Shown in pieces: positions 25,866 to 39,503 of a stretch of DNA of 64,000 bases (the first letter of the stretch is position 1; each line of letters starts with the position of its first letter). The notes below the pieces were generated by a model. That model saw nothing but the letters and a program-made list of their open reading frames with translations, made no database searches and had not been told where the DNA came from. A program made the translations under genes and the position numbers. This stretch comes from Octopus bimaculoides (taxonomy: Eukaryota): the NCBI RefSeq assembly GCF_001194135.2, contig NC_068983.1:89928385-89992384 (forward strand), given 5' to 3'.

Positions 25866-26724
25866 ATAAACGTATATATTGAGATACAAATTTAGAAACT
25901 TCCACAATGTGAAATTATTATTTTTTGAAACTGAGCATTGAAGTAGCTAAAGCTATAAATAATAGCCTAAATAAATTTGAAAAATTTTGGATAGAAAACA
26001 AGGATGCTCATGGGACTCAAACACGTCTGTAAACATGACAAGTGTTGAACCATTCAACCAAAAAAACTCTTATTATACATTCTCTTGAATTTTCTAAATT
26101 TTTATGATGTGAACAACATAATTCTTGCTGGTAAGAATATAGTTATTAAAATGAACCAAGAAATTTGAAAGATTGCTTTGGTCCAATAGCAGAACACTTG
26201 TCATGTTTAAAGGAGCTGTGGGTTTGAGTCTCATAGACAGCCTTCAGCTTATGGTTTTATCTGCATCAAGAAATGGTTATGTATATTGTTATACTTGGGG
26301 ATGGTCATGTTTTGCTAATTAAACACATACACTGAGTGTCGTGTCTGTTCTCTGTATTGATAAGATCCTAACATCTATGTTGTCAACAGAGCCTCTATGT
26401 TCTAATTGAGCACTGATGAGCTCTTGCCAGTGATCACTTATCCACTCACCTATGTGTGCTCTCTCCAATGTATGTCATCCTGTTTCTGCACCATGCCTCA
26501 GTACACCTTATACTATAGACTACATTCCTAGTTTATCTGTGGGTTTACTCTACCCACTAAACAGTTATCTGTAGAGGGGTTCTTTCAAATGGGTATGTTC
26601 TACAGATCAGGGATTTTATGGGGGTCCCTAGTCTTGCTTCCAGGAGTAGCATTGATGAACATGACACTGGTATTTTTGGTTGTCATACAAGTTGGCCTTA
26701 TCTATCTTCTTAGTTCTTTCTATG

Positions 26725-27350
26725 CTAATCCAGGTAATAATGACTGCAGTACTGACAAGAATAAACATGGAAAGATGATACAAACACAGTGTCAAAATAA
26801 GAGTCAATCACAGCAGCATCAGCAGAAGAAATGTGGGCAAAGGAAGGGTCAACATAGAAAATGGTAGTACCACTAAGAACAGTAATAGCAGTAACAATAG
26901 TATAGTAGAGAATGAACACACATACACAGAAAGAAACAAACAACAAAATAAAGGTCAACATAGCAAAGCAAGTGGTACCAAGACCACAAACCCTAGCATT
27001 AGTGACACCACCATTAGTTGTAGTCACACTAAGAACAATATGAATAACAATAACAACACCCACATCTATAATGGTAATGATGATAACAGCAGTAATAAAA
27101 ATAACAAAAGCTGTAATAATAGTGAGGACAACAACAACAAAGTCAACCATGAAAACATGCAAATCAACACAAACAATATGCACAGACATCAACAACCAGA
27201 AAGATAGTAATCAGAGAAATGATAGGAAAGAAGAAAATAATAGAATTGATGTAAACAACATCAATCTCCTTCACACCTTATTTTTCAACCCATGTGATAC
27301 AATCCTACCTTTCAACAAACGGGTCAATATCCCACAACAAACAACTAAAT
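26725..27350 (+). repeat. Asn/Thr/Gln-rich low-complexity (AAC/AAT) segment ahead of the Penelope-like RT
   Basis: Overlapping low-complexity ORFs with frameshifts; no splice support. Confidence 0.55.
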
Positions 27351-27439
27351 AGAAGAACAATTCACAATAGCTAGGACAAAACTTGGATTTTAGAACAATA
27401 CACTAGGAGAGAGGCCCAGCAAGTTGATGATGATGTGGT

Positions 27440-28620
27440 CAAACATCCTTGGACCAACAACTTCCAAGTCACGAATAATGTCACCACAACACTGTATGAA
27501 CGCCGTAAGGATCACACAGTGATCACTGATCCAGTGACAGGACCGCCAAAACCAGACTGCAGAGCTAACATTGCTAACAACTACAGAATTTCCCACTTCC
27601 ACTACATGCCCTATAATCAAAATGTCCTTGGATGTATGGGATAGCACAGAAGACTTCCTCAGCAGAATCAACAAATGCAACTGTGACCTGACATGTGTAA
27701 TAGGCAGTATGGATGTAATGTCCCTATACTCATCCATTGATGATGATTTTGCTGCGAAGATGATCAGCAAGAGCGACATGGAATTTCATGGTGTTCACAC
27801 ATGGGAACTAGTCCTCCTCTTCAGACTTACATGTGGCAAAAAGTACAAAGACAACAGGTGAGAAAAATTTCACACATGAAGCAGGTGCGAGCACCAATGT
27901 TACACCAAGAGGCCACATATTTAAGTTTAATTACAAGATATACATCTAAGAAGAGAGTGCAACCATCAGTGTTAGTATCACTGGCAATGTAGCTAACCTC
28001 TTTATGGTTTGGTGGGATAGGAGACTCAAAGAACACTTAGCAGAGAGCTCCATAACCCTGACCATGTACTCCCGCTAGGTGGATATCAACATATTTGCAA
28101 AAGCATCCCTAAGAGACAGTGTCTATGAACCAGAAGCTAGCACCCTGAAGAGCATCCAGCAGATAGCTAGACTACCCTAGTAAGCACCCTAACTACAGAC
28201 TACTTGTTCTAGATATGGAATTCTGGCTGGAAACTAGAAATAACAAGGTCCAGATCCTCTATTCCCAATATGCTAAACCCCTGGCCTCCAAATAACTGAT
28301 CAACTGGAACACTGTAATTGTGGCTGGTATCAAGTTCAATATCTTAAGAGACACATACAACACTTCATCTGTCACATGAAGTTCTCTGAGTACAGCCAAA
28401 GAGACAGGATCAGGGTGTACAACGGAGCCAGGGCAAAATACAGGACTATCATAGAGAATGATGCTAGTGGGATCTATTCACTATAAAGAAGTAAATCTTA
28501 TCAAACAGAGAACAGACAGTTTATGGAGGCTACACACATAATAAAAGATAGACCAAGCCTCAACATAAAACATGAAAGAAGTAATATCCTGCCACTACCA
28601 CCCCTCTACCACACTATGCA
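27440..28620 (+). mobile_element. Degraded Penelope-like retroelement (RT and thumb)
   Basis: LYERRKDHT..GPPKPDCRANIANNYRISHF, VIGSMDVMSLYSSID, LLVLDMEFW..ILYSQYAKPLASK; multiple stops and frameshifts. Confidence 0.7.
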
Positions 28621-29241
28621 ACCTGACAACTTAAGACAAAATGAAGAAAAATAAATAAATGGCACAGGTACTGACAGTATAATATACAAACCCTTATACA
28701 CACACAAGATACAAACGAAAGACAGAATGAAAAAGAGAAAAATATAATACACAGGTACAATCTGTAATATATAAACCCATATACATGAACACAGGACACA
28801 CACAATAAAACATAGAGACACACACAAATACAGATGTAAATATATGTATAATAATAAAACTAAAGTGAAGATCAAATAAATAGTGCGTGTGTTTAATTGG
28901 CAAAAGATGACCACCCCCAAGTATAACAATATCTGTTTCAACACACATTTTCACACCAACAATCTTGTAAAACAAATATATAAATGTGTATGTGTATAAG
29001 TGTAACTTCCCTGAGTAAAGGGAACTAGTAGGTATAAAAATAAAATACTTCTCATATACAGATCCAACTCACAAACAATGGTATGCGACTGAAAAACTTT
29101 CTTTACACGCATGCACAATGTAAAATGATATATAACTGATTTGTTAAAAAAATTAATAACAAGCGACATAAAAGAGAAAAGAAACTGTAAAAAATAAAAA
29201 TAAAAATAAATAAAACTTCAACTTGATTATCAAATGGATCG

Positions 29242-29247
29242 TTTATT
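29242..29247 (-). promoter_or_regulatory. Candidate distal poly(A) signal for RAVER
   Basis: AATAAA on minus strand followed ~25 nt later by a long U-rich tract. Other hexamers exist (e.g. 30473). Confidence 0.3.
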
Positions 29248-30895
29248 GAGTTCTCCCAGAGATCCTTAAAAAAATAAATAATCCATAAAATATTTCACAA
29301 AGAAGAGTCCTTTTCTTTCTGCTTCTTTACCTTAAAGTGGAAAATGATAGAGAAAAGGGAGGGAGATGGAAAATGTTGAAAGAAAAAAATATATATCTGA
29401 ATAGAAATTTGTTTTATGTTAGAAAAAAAGACTCAACATTCAGTTGAACCACTGCAGTGATGAGAAATGTGGCAACTGCCAACATAGGTTGATAGAAGTG
29501 TGTGTGTGTGTGTGTAAACAGGGAGGGAAGCTAACATCTGTGTGTGTATGGGAAAGAAATCTAAATTGAAAGTTTTAAGTGGAGTAAAAGAGAGAAAGTT
29601 TCTTTTGACTTAGTGTGTTCTTTCAAGGAATCTTCTCCAAATGGAACATTGGAAAAAGACATTCAGTTACCTATCATCAAATGAGAAATGGATTCTTTTC
29701 TGTTTCTGTTTCTATTTAAAAAAAATCATTCTAGTGCTGGGATTGAAATAAAATGAACTGATACATGAAAAGAAATATATAAACATAGACAAAGCTGAGT
29801 GGATAAAAATTAACAATTCAGTGCAACGAACTAATTATAATATATATTACATTACTAAAATGTGGAGAACTAGACTTAGTATAATAACAACAACAAAAAT
29901 GTTTCTTACACTTGCATTAAGCCTCAGAACTCTAGGAGATATGAAGATGAGAAATTCATATGCCCAAATCTTGCTTATGTGTTATAACAGCCTACACAGA
30001 TTAAAAACAAATAAATAAAAACCTCTGATCAGATATAAGGATGAACTTTGTAAGAGAAAGTTAACTTTATTAATCCTGAAGAGCTGAAATATTGGTTCTA
30101 TCAGGACTTGAATTGAAAATGTAAGATATTTAGTCAGGTATGTGATTGATTTTTCCTATTGGCAAAAAAGCCACTAACTTGTTAAAGATACAGATAATTT
30201 CTATTGAATTGAACCCCAACCCTTGTTATGACTGGCACTTATTTTGTTGGCACCTCCTCTCCCAACCACACAGAGGAATGGTGAAAGATAGTCAACAAGA
30301 TTTGAAGTTAAAAACACAAAGGGACAAAACTAAATAGTAGGAGGCATTTCATCTGGCACTGTATCATTTCTGCCACTCCATAACCCCAAAACAATAAAAT
30401 GAAAAGAGGGATAAGAAACGGCAGTAAAACCTAACTGCAAATGAAAATTCAAATTAATTTTGTGCTGATTAATTTATTTCATCAGCTGTGTGGAAATAAT
30501 GTATAGAAAGGGTGTGAAGGAGGATTTGTTAAATATATCTATTTTAATAGTGATGTTGATATATATGAATAAAATAGATAAACATTTAAGAATATTTGTT
30601 AAACCATTTCAAAGACATGTCAAATAAGACTAGTTTCTTTTTCTCACTTAACAGAAAATTTAGGGCATTGGTGGAGAAAAACTTTATCTTCACACAATCA
30701 CCTGCATAGAGTTGTTTGTTTATATATATTTATATTCCCTTTTTTTTTTAATTTTAAAACAGAAATAAAGATTAAAAAACAAAACAAAAATCAATTCATT
30801 ATAATTTCACACTGGGTAGAAATGACAACACTGAGCACAAATCTTACGTTGTGTGCTAATGAAAACAATAGTACAACCATTAAATTAAACATATA

Positions 30896-30897
<2 letters not shown>

Positions 30898-30938
<41 letters not shown>
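30898..30938. repeat. (CT)n(CA)n compound microsatellite
   Basis: Direct reading. Confidence 0.9.
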
Positions 30939-30942
<4 letters not shown>

Positions 30943-31039
30943 CTCATTTAGCCAAGTAAAAAGAAAAGATGATGAACTTTAACTTGCAAGATGTACATGC
31001 TGTTTCTTTCATTATTTCCAAAGATCTCAGTAGTAATGG

Positions 31040-31255
31040 TAGTAATTTCTAACACACGCAGGAGACCACAAGTTTTTGAGAAAGAGGTGTAGTCAATTAG
31101 ATCAACTCCAGCACTTGACTCATACTTTATTTCATCAATCCCGGAAGGATGAAAGACAAAGTCAACCTTAGCAGCAGTTGAACTAAAAGTGTAATGAGAT
31201 GTAACTAAATACTGCAATATATATTGTCAGTCACTCCACCAATTTTGCCTTTCAC
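31040..31255 (-). mobile_element. SINE (ccggaaggatgaaagacaaagtcaacc family)
   Basis: Related copies at ~31960-32110, 49240-49330 (head), 59290-59370 and 61240-61430. Confidence 0.6.
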
Positions 31256-31267
31256 CTTAACAACAAC

Positions 31268-31300
<33 letters not shown>

Positions 31301-31568
31301 AATAATAGCAACAATAAAAATAATCCAGTCAGGATACATCTATCAATGTTAAAAATGTACATTAAACTATAGTGTTGGTGAGAAAAGTTGAGTGAATTGT
31401 CTGTTGGTTCATCCATCTGAGCTATGCAAGTGGTCTTTGACAGGAGAGAGATAGAGAGAGAGAGAGATGATTAAACATGGTGAAGGGTATAAAAAAAAAG
31501 AAAAAAAAACCCCAAAAAACACCCAACTGTCAAGACATTGAAATAAATGTGGTAAGTTAAAAACAATG

Positions 31569-31748
31569 TCAATAGTAGCTGCTCCCTTTTGCAGTGATAC
31601 TAGTGTCATAACGCTTTCTCTTCCCATAGGAGTCTGCATAATGACCACCAATACCTTGAGAGTGTTGTCCGACATAAGCACCTTCTGGACTGGCTTCAGG
31701 TGGTGGCAACAAATGACTGTAGCTTCGTTTCTGACCAATAGGAGATGT
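31569..31748 (-). CDS. RAVER1: RAVER1/2 ortholog, terminal exon
   Basis: cttcag|ACA; [50 protein letters not shown]; closely matches the human RAVER1 C-terminus as recalled ([44 protein letters not shown]). Not in the ORF track. Confidence 0.92.
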   Translation of the reverse strand, partial: TSPIGQKRSYSHLLPPPEASPEGAYVGQHSQGIGGHYADSYGKRKRYDTSITAKGSSYY

Positions 31749-32544
31749 CTGAAGCAGAAATAAAAAATAAAAAAATCATCAAAACAAAACATTAGAACAT
31801 TCATATTATTAACACATTCATTTTTCAGACTAATTACTTCACCTTAAGAGATGATAATTTTTATCAATCTTTATATTGAAAGGTTTCAATCATTTCAATT
31901 AATTTAGCCTGATTGTTACTAAATGGCAAATTGGCAAGTGTTTTGTTTATTCTAGCTCTTTGTGTTCTGAGTTCAATCCATCAAAGTTAATTTTGCCTTT
32001 CATCCACCTAGGGGCAAAAAGTACAATATCAGTCTAAAGCAGAGGACAGGTGGAATTGGTAAAGAATCGGGTAGAATTTGTTTTGACTGGTCTTTCTAGT
32101 TCAAATCCTACCTAATTGTATGGTAGCCAATAAGAAACCTTTTCTATTGTATTCACAGAAGGAGGTGTGGTTTCAATACTACTAGGTGACCAGCAGCATA
32201 ACTTATGACCCAGCCTATATCTGAAGTTGATAGTGACTTATTGAAACCACATCTCCTGTTATTCTACAATACACTAAATACTATAGAACACTATAGAGAA
32301 GGCCTGTGATTGGCTATTCATAAAATTTGCTTAATTACTCCCTCCTGGTGTATAACTTGATGCTTTTTTTCTCTCGTAACAATTCGATATCCAACGTGGG
32401 GTTTGATTTGATACTTAGTGATTCATACTTTATGATGAAGCAGATTACATCATAAATTAAGAAATAAATATGCTCAAAATAAGATTTCTTTTCTGCTTCA
32501 GGAATGCATATTGTACTTAACTGCATTTGTCCATTCCTTTACTT

Positions 32545-33115
32545 CCTTCAATTTGATGTCCATCTTCCATGATGGCATGAGTTGGATGGTTTGACAGGAG
32601 CTAGCATGCCAGATAGGCGCACCAACTTCCATTGTCTGCTTTGGCATGCTTTTTACAGCTGGATGCCCTTCCTAATGCCAACCACTTTACAAAGTGTAAC
32701 GAGGACTTTTTATGTGGCACCAACACCAGCAGAATCACCAGGCAACTTGCGAGACAAAGATCTTTCAGCTGGGATAGCGAGTGGTACCAAGGAAAGTGGT
32801 TTTGTGCCAGGTGAGAGGTTAAGGTATAACAGAGGAATAGAGATAGGCATCTTACTATACAGGAGGTACTCGGCTACCCCAGTAGGGAAAGAAAGGAGAG
32901 ATATAGTTAGTTTAGAGAGAGGGAAGATGTAACTGTAGTAAGTGATGGTGTGCAAAATTAGAGTGGCTTGGGGTGGGGGAGTATGGGAGTATGGTAGATG
33001 TGAGGGAATAGATAGTATGAGGATAGGCACGATGGGAAAGTGGAGAGGCCTGCAGCAGGTTGATGGGATGGGGGAATGTTGAGAAGATGGGCTGTGGGGG
33101 AGTTTTGACAGCGGT
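32545..33115 (-). mobile_element. RTE 3' UTR fragment
   Basis: ccatgatggcatgagttggatggtttgac..ggatgcccttcctaatgccaaccac. Confidence 0.7.
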
Positions 33116-33686
33116 CAGATAGTGTGTATGTGTGTGTGCGCATGCACATGCAAAGTACATGCCTGTATGTAAGGATGACCATAATTTTACTTAGCTTGAT
33201 GTCTTTTCAATCAAAGGCACGTGTGTGTGTGTTTGTGTGTGTGTGTGCACGTACACATGTATTTGTGTCAGAACCAATGTCATTCATTTCTGGGAAATAT
33301 TACTTTCCTTGGAAACAGGAGGAAGAGCATTCAGCTGTAGAAACTCCGCCATAGGAAACTTCATTCAACTCATGTAAGCATAGAAAAACAGGCACTAAAA
33401 TGATGATGATAACACACGCTTATAATAATATTACCACAAAAAACCAGAAATGAAATCAACAGCATGAGCTTGAAGCAGCCATTTTTGCACACACCGATCA
33501 CAAAGGTTTTAAAGAAAAGAACATAAGGATAAGCTTCAAACTTTCATTACATATTTCANNNNNNNNNNNNNNNNNNNNNNNNNNNNNNNNNNNNNNNNNN
33601 NNNNNNNNNNNNNNNNNNNNNNNNNNNNNNNNNNNNNNNNNNNNNNNNNNNNNNNNNNNNNNNNNNNNNNNNNNNNNNNNNNNNNN

Positions 33687-33725
<39 letters not shown>

Positions 33726-33744
33726 TGTGTGTGTGTGTGTGTGT
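33687..33744. repeat. (GA)n(GT)n microsatellite next to gap
   Basis: Direct reading. Confidence 0.9.
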
Positions 33745-34435
33745 GGAGCTAATGTTATAAGAGTAAAATTAGCATGAGAAGAATCAGATGCATTGTGCAA
33801 GAGAGAAGACTATGCTGGTTTGGTCATGTGGTACATATGGATGAGGACAGCTGCATAAAGAAGTGACAGTTGCTTAAAGTAGATAGAACTTGTGGAAGAG
33901 GAAAACCCAAGAAGATATGGTATGATGTTGAGTTACACAGATGACAAAAGACCAAGAATAGTAGCAGTTGGCTGTGCTCAAACAGCACAGCAAAAGTGAG
34001 GTCATAAAAACATTTGTCTAGGCTTGTATGTGCTGGGCCCTGACCCTGCACCTATTCTGCCTTGTCAAGGATTCCTAACAGCTCATCACCCTAACACTCA
34101 TCCTTCCATCCCTCCTCTATCTGTGGCACTACTCAGCTGTTGTAATAAACTTGAGAGAAAAATTAGTACATATTACAAAACCCCATTCTTTGCACTACCA
34201 GGTACTCCCTATGAAACCATTTCTATCACCCATTCTCGTTATCATTCGCCGCTACACTATTTTCAGTGAGCACCTATATGTATCTTCAGTCACCTCTCCC
34301 TCACTGCCATACTTCATCTTAACACTTCTCATATCTGCCATCACACCCCATTCAATATATCCCCCACCCACCCTATGTACCTACATACCTTCCTGCAACT
34401 CCTACACCTTGAACATCACACTCCTACTTCCTGAT

Positions 34436-35669
34436 ATACAGTATTTGAAGGACATCACTTCAAAAAGCTCTAACTTTCTTGTAATTAATTCTTTTTCAGA
34501 TTAATGATGAACGACATGAAATTAACAAAGCAAATGAAAAGGCATGTTGTAATCATTGCCATAAAAACTCAACATAAAGATACGGAAATAGCTTGTTTCT
34601 TGAAAGTTGCTGATCCTTTGTTGCCAAAGTTAGAGAAGACCTGGAAGCTGTTGATGGGGATTCAACATTAGCAGCCAAATGCAATACACATGTAAAGAGT
34701 TCTAATACCATAAGAACCCAAGAATTTGTGCAGAAAGTACAGGAAAAAATTCAATACTACCCTGGAAAGTCAATCAGAGCCTTTGCAAAGGATTTCAAGG
34801 TTTCAGAATGCACCATCAGAAGAGTTGTGCATGAATGTATCCATTACAAGTCGTATGTGATGTGAAGAGGTCAGTTCATATCAGTTACAATGAAAGACAA
34901 TTGTTTGATCCATGGAAAGTGCTTGCTCTACAAATTGAAACATCAAGAAACTGGAACGCTTTGGTTTTTCTCTGATGAGAACTTTAAGACCAAAAAGTAA
35001 ACCCAAGGAATGACAGATGGTCATGCAGAGATCCAAATAAGGTTCCAGTTGTAATTCATACCAAGTTTCCAGCAACTATGATGGATCTGGGAGCCGTTAG
35101 CAGTGAGGGTCATATCATGCCTCTCCATTTTTTTCACAGGGCTTAAGAGCCAATACTGCTGCCAACACAAATGCATTGGAGAAGGTTGTGAGGCACTGGG
35201 TAGACAGCATAAGCAACAGAAGACCTTACATCTTCCAACAAGACTCTGCACCATTTCATAAGGCTAAAAGAACCCAAGCTTGGATGCATGCCAATTTCCA
35301 CGATCATTTTACCCTAGACACATGGCTTCCTAGCTCACCCGACCTTAATCTACTGCACTATTATGTATGGGGTGTCGTTGAAAGGAAAGTCAATCAACAC
35401 TCTCATAACACTATTCAATCTCTTGTGTCCGCTATAACAAAGACTATGTCCGAAATTGATAAAGACCATCTGATTTTTGCATGTCAATACTTCATACCCT
35501 GAATTGAAGTTGTCATTAAGGCTAATGGTGGATTTATTGTATAGAAGTGTTGTAAGAACTCTCAAAATTATTTGTACCAATTCTCATTTAATTGAAGTTT
35601 TTCTCTGATGTGCTGTACTTCTTTTTCTTCATTCCTACAAATGACCTCAAAATACTGACGCACCTTATA
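34436..35669 (+). mobile_element. maT (DD37D) Tc1/mariner-family element, pseudogenised
   Basis: WFFSDE; FQQDSAP..WLPSSPDLNLLHYYVW with 37 residues between the second Asp and the third position (now His); right TIR aatactgacgcacctta|ta, degraded left TIR. Confidence 0.85.
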
Positions 35670-36329
35670 TACCCTCCCTTAGCCACTTCTACATTCTCAC
35701 TTTACTCTCTCTCCATGCTAGCATTTCTCATCAACCACACATCCACCCTCGTTCATTGTTCACTACATTCATCTCTGCCCCCATCTCTAACGATTGGTTG
35801 CTCTTCTCTCACAATATTATGAAACTAATAACTTTTCCTCTGTCCATATTCTTTTTTGCTCACCTTGTACCTTGAGGGTTTGCCTTGATACCCCATAACT
35901 ACCATCTCCCCCCTCCTTATATAATGTAGGATAGCCATTTGTGCTCAAGCCTCTTATCAAACTTTAGCCTTTCAACACCAGGCATAAATCCACCTCACAA
36001 TTACTACATCCCCACCACTCTGCTTAGTTGAGGGGTTTTTTCTCATTCTTTTGTTTTTGCAAGTTACTTGGTGATCTTAGTAGTGCCAGTGCCAGTGACA
36101 CAAAAACAAAGAACCTAGTACACACTATAAAGTGGTTGGTGTAAGAAAGGTCATCCAACTTTAGAAGCCAAGCCAAAACTGCCACTGGAGCATAATGCAA
36201 CCCTGCAGGTCACAGGATTACTATCAAACTATCTGATTCATGCTAGAAAGGAAAATAGACATTAAATGATGAGGATGATGATGATATGTGTACTATGCAC
36301 CAGTTCCTGTATTCCCTCATCCATAGCAA

Positions 36330-37000
36330 ATTGATTCCCTCATAGAAGATGCTTGAGCAATCCAAAGACATAAGTCAGAAGGGGTGAAATTTGAACTGTA
36401 TGCAGCTTGAAGCTCATTTTTCAGTGCTTTCAATGGTGGGAGTGGCTGTATGCGGGCATGTGTTGTTGTGCAACAATAACATTTGCTTTGACAATAGGAC
36501 TCAGCATTTGGAATGAATTACTGGTTTCAGTTTGTAGGTCAGCCTATATTGGTGACTGTAGACCCCTTTTCCAAGTAATGTTCTAGTACAGGACCTTTTG
36601 CATTAAAAAAAAAATGGTTAGCATCACTTTTTGATTCCAAGTGTTTCCTCTCCGTTCTTTGCCCTTTGAACTTTGGCTCAAAGTAATGGACCCAGGTTTC
36701 ATCTCCTGTGACTATTTTCACCAAAAATGCTTCACCTTCATCATTGTAATAGTCAAGTAAGTGTCAACAGATCTCCACACAATTGCACTTATGCTTTAGT
36801 AAGCTCCCTTGGCACCCATCTGTCATATATTTTATGGAAGCGAAGTCTGTTATGGAGGATTTCGTATGCAAGACCATGACTAATTCGTAGAGAAGATGCC
36901 ATCTAATTGATGATCACTCATTAGTTTGACAGAAACATCTCTTGAGCTTGTTGAATCTTTATGTCTTTGTGCTCCAAGGTTGTCTGGCAACTTTTCAATT
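36330..37000 (-). mobile_element. mariner (DD34D-type) transposase fragment
   Basis: KIVTGDETWVHYFEP motif. Boundaries approximate. Confidence 0.75.
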
Positions 37001-37164
37001 TCCTAATCCACTCATACACACTAGAGTGCTGTCTCTGTATTGTACTGAAAGCATGTGGCAATGTTTACTCTGTAACACAAGAAAGAAAACTAGAGTGATC
37101 AATGTCAAATCTCAGTTACATAACTACAGGAGTACCACTTTTTAGCATGTGTGCTGAAGGTAGT

Positions 37165-38160
37165 GTAGCAAACTTAAAGTAAGTTTTGGTGAAAATGTGG
37201 ATAATTTTTGACTTCGCTTAATAGTGGAGAAAAAGTTAACTAAAATGGAGGACTGGAAACCATCTGATGATTCATGCCAGATATTAAAATGCTGACATTA
37301 TGACTACTACTCGATACTTTGTGAACTCTGAAAGGCTGTAAGACATGACATGGACAGCTGCAACAGAGACTACAAAAAGCCTTGCCAGCAGGAAGGTACA
37401 CAATACATGTTCTGATTGTGTTCATATGCCAGAGTTTATATAAGCAACTGCACTCAAGGTGATGGAAGATCTGAGCAAAGGAATCCGTGCTTTAGAAAGA
37501 GAGACGGGTATTTGAGTGGCCAGCTTTGAACAAAGGCCTTTGCTACCACTTGTACAAGACACACAAGGAACAAATTCTGACAGCCAAAACCAAGGAGAAT
37601 TGCCTGATGAAGGCAGAAAAGCTCTTGAATAAGTTGAGGTATCCTGTTGAGCAGGGAATGATCTGGTTCTTCTTAGATGAAAAGAACTTCTGCCAGGACT
37701 AGATGCACAAAACAACAGGTGGCTTGTCTACAATTCATGTGATGCCCCACGTATCATGAAAACTAAGTTCACCCAAACTGTGGACTTTGGGTGTTTTCCC
37801 AATGAGGGTGATGTTATGCTGCTTTACATCTTTGAACAGAGAATAAGGCTCAATTTAGATGGCTTATGAGAAGCTGCTGGAGACTGTGGAAAAACCCTAA
37901 CCCCATGAATTACTGTGTGGAATGTGACTGAGAAAGACACCAATTGCTCCACCTGCAACACCAAAGCCAAGCTGGTGACTAAGATCAAGGAGGCATTCAA
38001 AGATATTCCCAGGGACACAGTGAGGAATGCATGCGCCAGGTTCCAGAGCCATCTTGTGGCAATGGTGGAAGCTGAGGGTGGCAACTGTGAGTAAACCGTT
38101 ATCTCCCAGCCATAATCTAGTTGATATTTTTTATAACTATTTTTATTTTTGGATGAGATA
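37165..38160 (+). mobile_element. Second maT-like transposase relic with internal deletion
   Basis: MIWFFLDEKNFCQD..; C-terminus ..RNACARFQSHLVAMVEAEGG. Confidence 0.7.
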
Positions 38161-39365
38161 TTGTGTTTTCTTTACCTTCAATCCTTTAGCCATATCCAGC
38201 CTAAATATTTGACCTTCTTTATGTTCAAAACCAGCCAGATCCAGCCTCTTAAACCTACCCCACAATATCATTCTCAAAGTAAAGAGTCACATCACAGAAA
38301 CCTCACAGCTATGAGATAATGTAGGATTAATTCAATACAATGTGAATAAATAAGCATCACTGTCAAATTTAGCCCAAATACCTGTATATAGACATCACTG
38401 TTTTAATGTTCACTTTTACATGCTTACATGGGTCAGACAAGATTCATTGAAGCAGTTTTCTACCATTGGATGCTCTTTCTGTTATCAACCTTCACCTGTT
38501 TCCAACAAGGTAATATTGCTTTCATGAAAGAATAGAAATGAGGGATATTGATGGTTGTTTCTATCTACTGCGTGATGTCAAGACAAGGAAATACACTCGC
38601 ACACATTTTTTCATTGAATGTCTGTTCCCATGTTAGTATGGTTTGAATGGAGATCTATATGAGGTAAAGTTTTTAAGGTTGGATGCTCTTTCTGTCATCC
38701 ACCCATACTTGGCTTTTGAGTAAAGGATATCTTTATTCCACAGGTTTTCACAAGTGCAGAATAAGCAGCCATCATATCACCAAGGAATATCACCCAAGGA
38801 TTGAAAATGTGGAACATATAAGCCCTGGTGCATATCCATGTATGAATGAATGCCCACATGCATGCATACACACATGACAGACATTTTTCTGTTTCTGACA
38901 ATTGAATTTCCTCATATGGCATTGACTGTCTCAGGAGCAAGTAAAAGACACCCAAAGTGCCATGCAATGAAACTGAACTCAATATGGTTGCAAAGTGAAC
39001 TACTTAACAATATAGCTATGCTTACACACGTGTGTGTTGTGTTTTGGTGTGTATGTGTATGAGAAGTGTCTTATTTTTCTTGGATATGTATGTAGTATTA
39101 GATAGGATATGAAGTAAGAACCTTTATTTTGAACTAAAGTTAATAATTTACCAGGCCACTGGCACATGTTTAATAGCCTCAAAAATTTTACATATTAAAA
39201 AAATTTGTTACTGTAAACAGAGAATATTAAAGAGAGAAAGACATTGGTTCTTAGAAAGAATATTGGTTCTTAGAACAGACAGAATAAGGTGAATACACTT
39301 ATGGATAAAGTGTATAGTAAAACAGCACAGTTAGAGCTGGGGGTGGGGAAATGTAGAAGACTTAC

Positions 39366-39503
39366 CAGAGAAGTGGTGCTAGTGGAAGCACCATAATGAC
39401 TGGAATAAGTGGAGGTGCCATAGTTTGAAGTGCTTCCGTAGGTGCTGCTCAGTGTTGAACTGGTGTAGTTGGAGTAAGATGGCTGATAATTTGAGCTAGA
39501 AGT
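39366..39503 (-). CDS. RAVER1: RAVER exon, S/Y/T-rich (46 codons)
   Basis: catcag|ACT .. CTG|gtaagt; phase 0-0; TSSSNYQPSYSNY..STTSL. Confidence 0.85.

Noticed and set aside
26412-26440. Hammerhead-like CTGATGAG upstream of the Penelope relic
   Set aside because: No stem II closing into GAAA and no stem III/UH cleavage site could be formed.
26725-27352. Asn-rich host gene exon related to the RAVER low-complexity exons
   Set aside because: Opposite strand, beyond the RAVER stop, frameshifted, no splice sites, and contiguous with Penelope-like RT.
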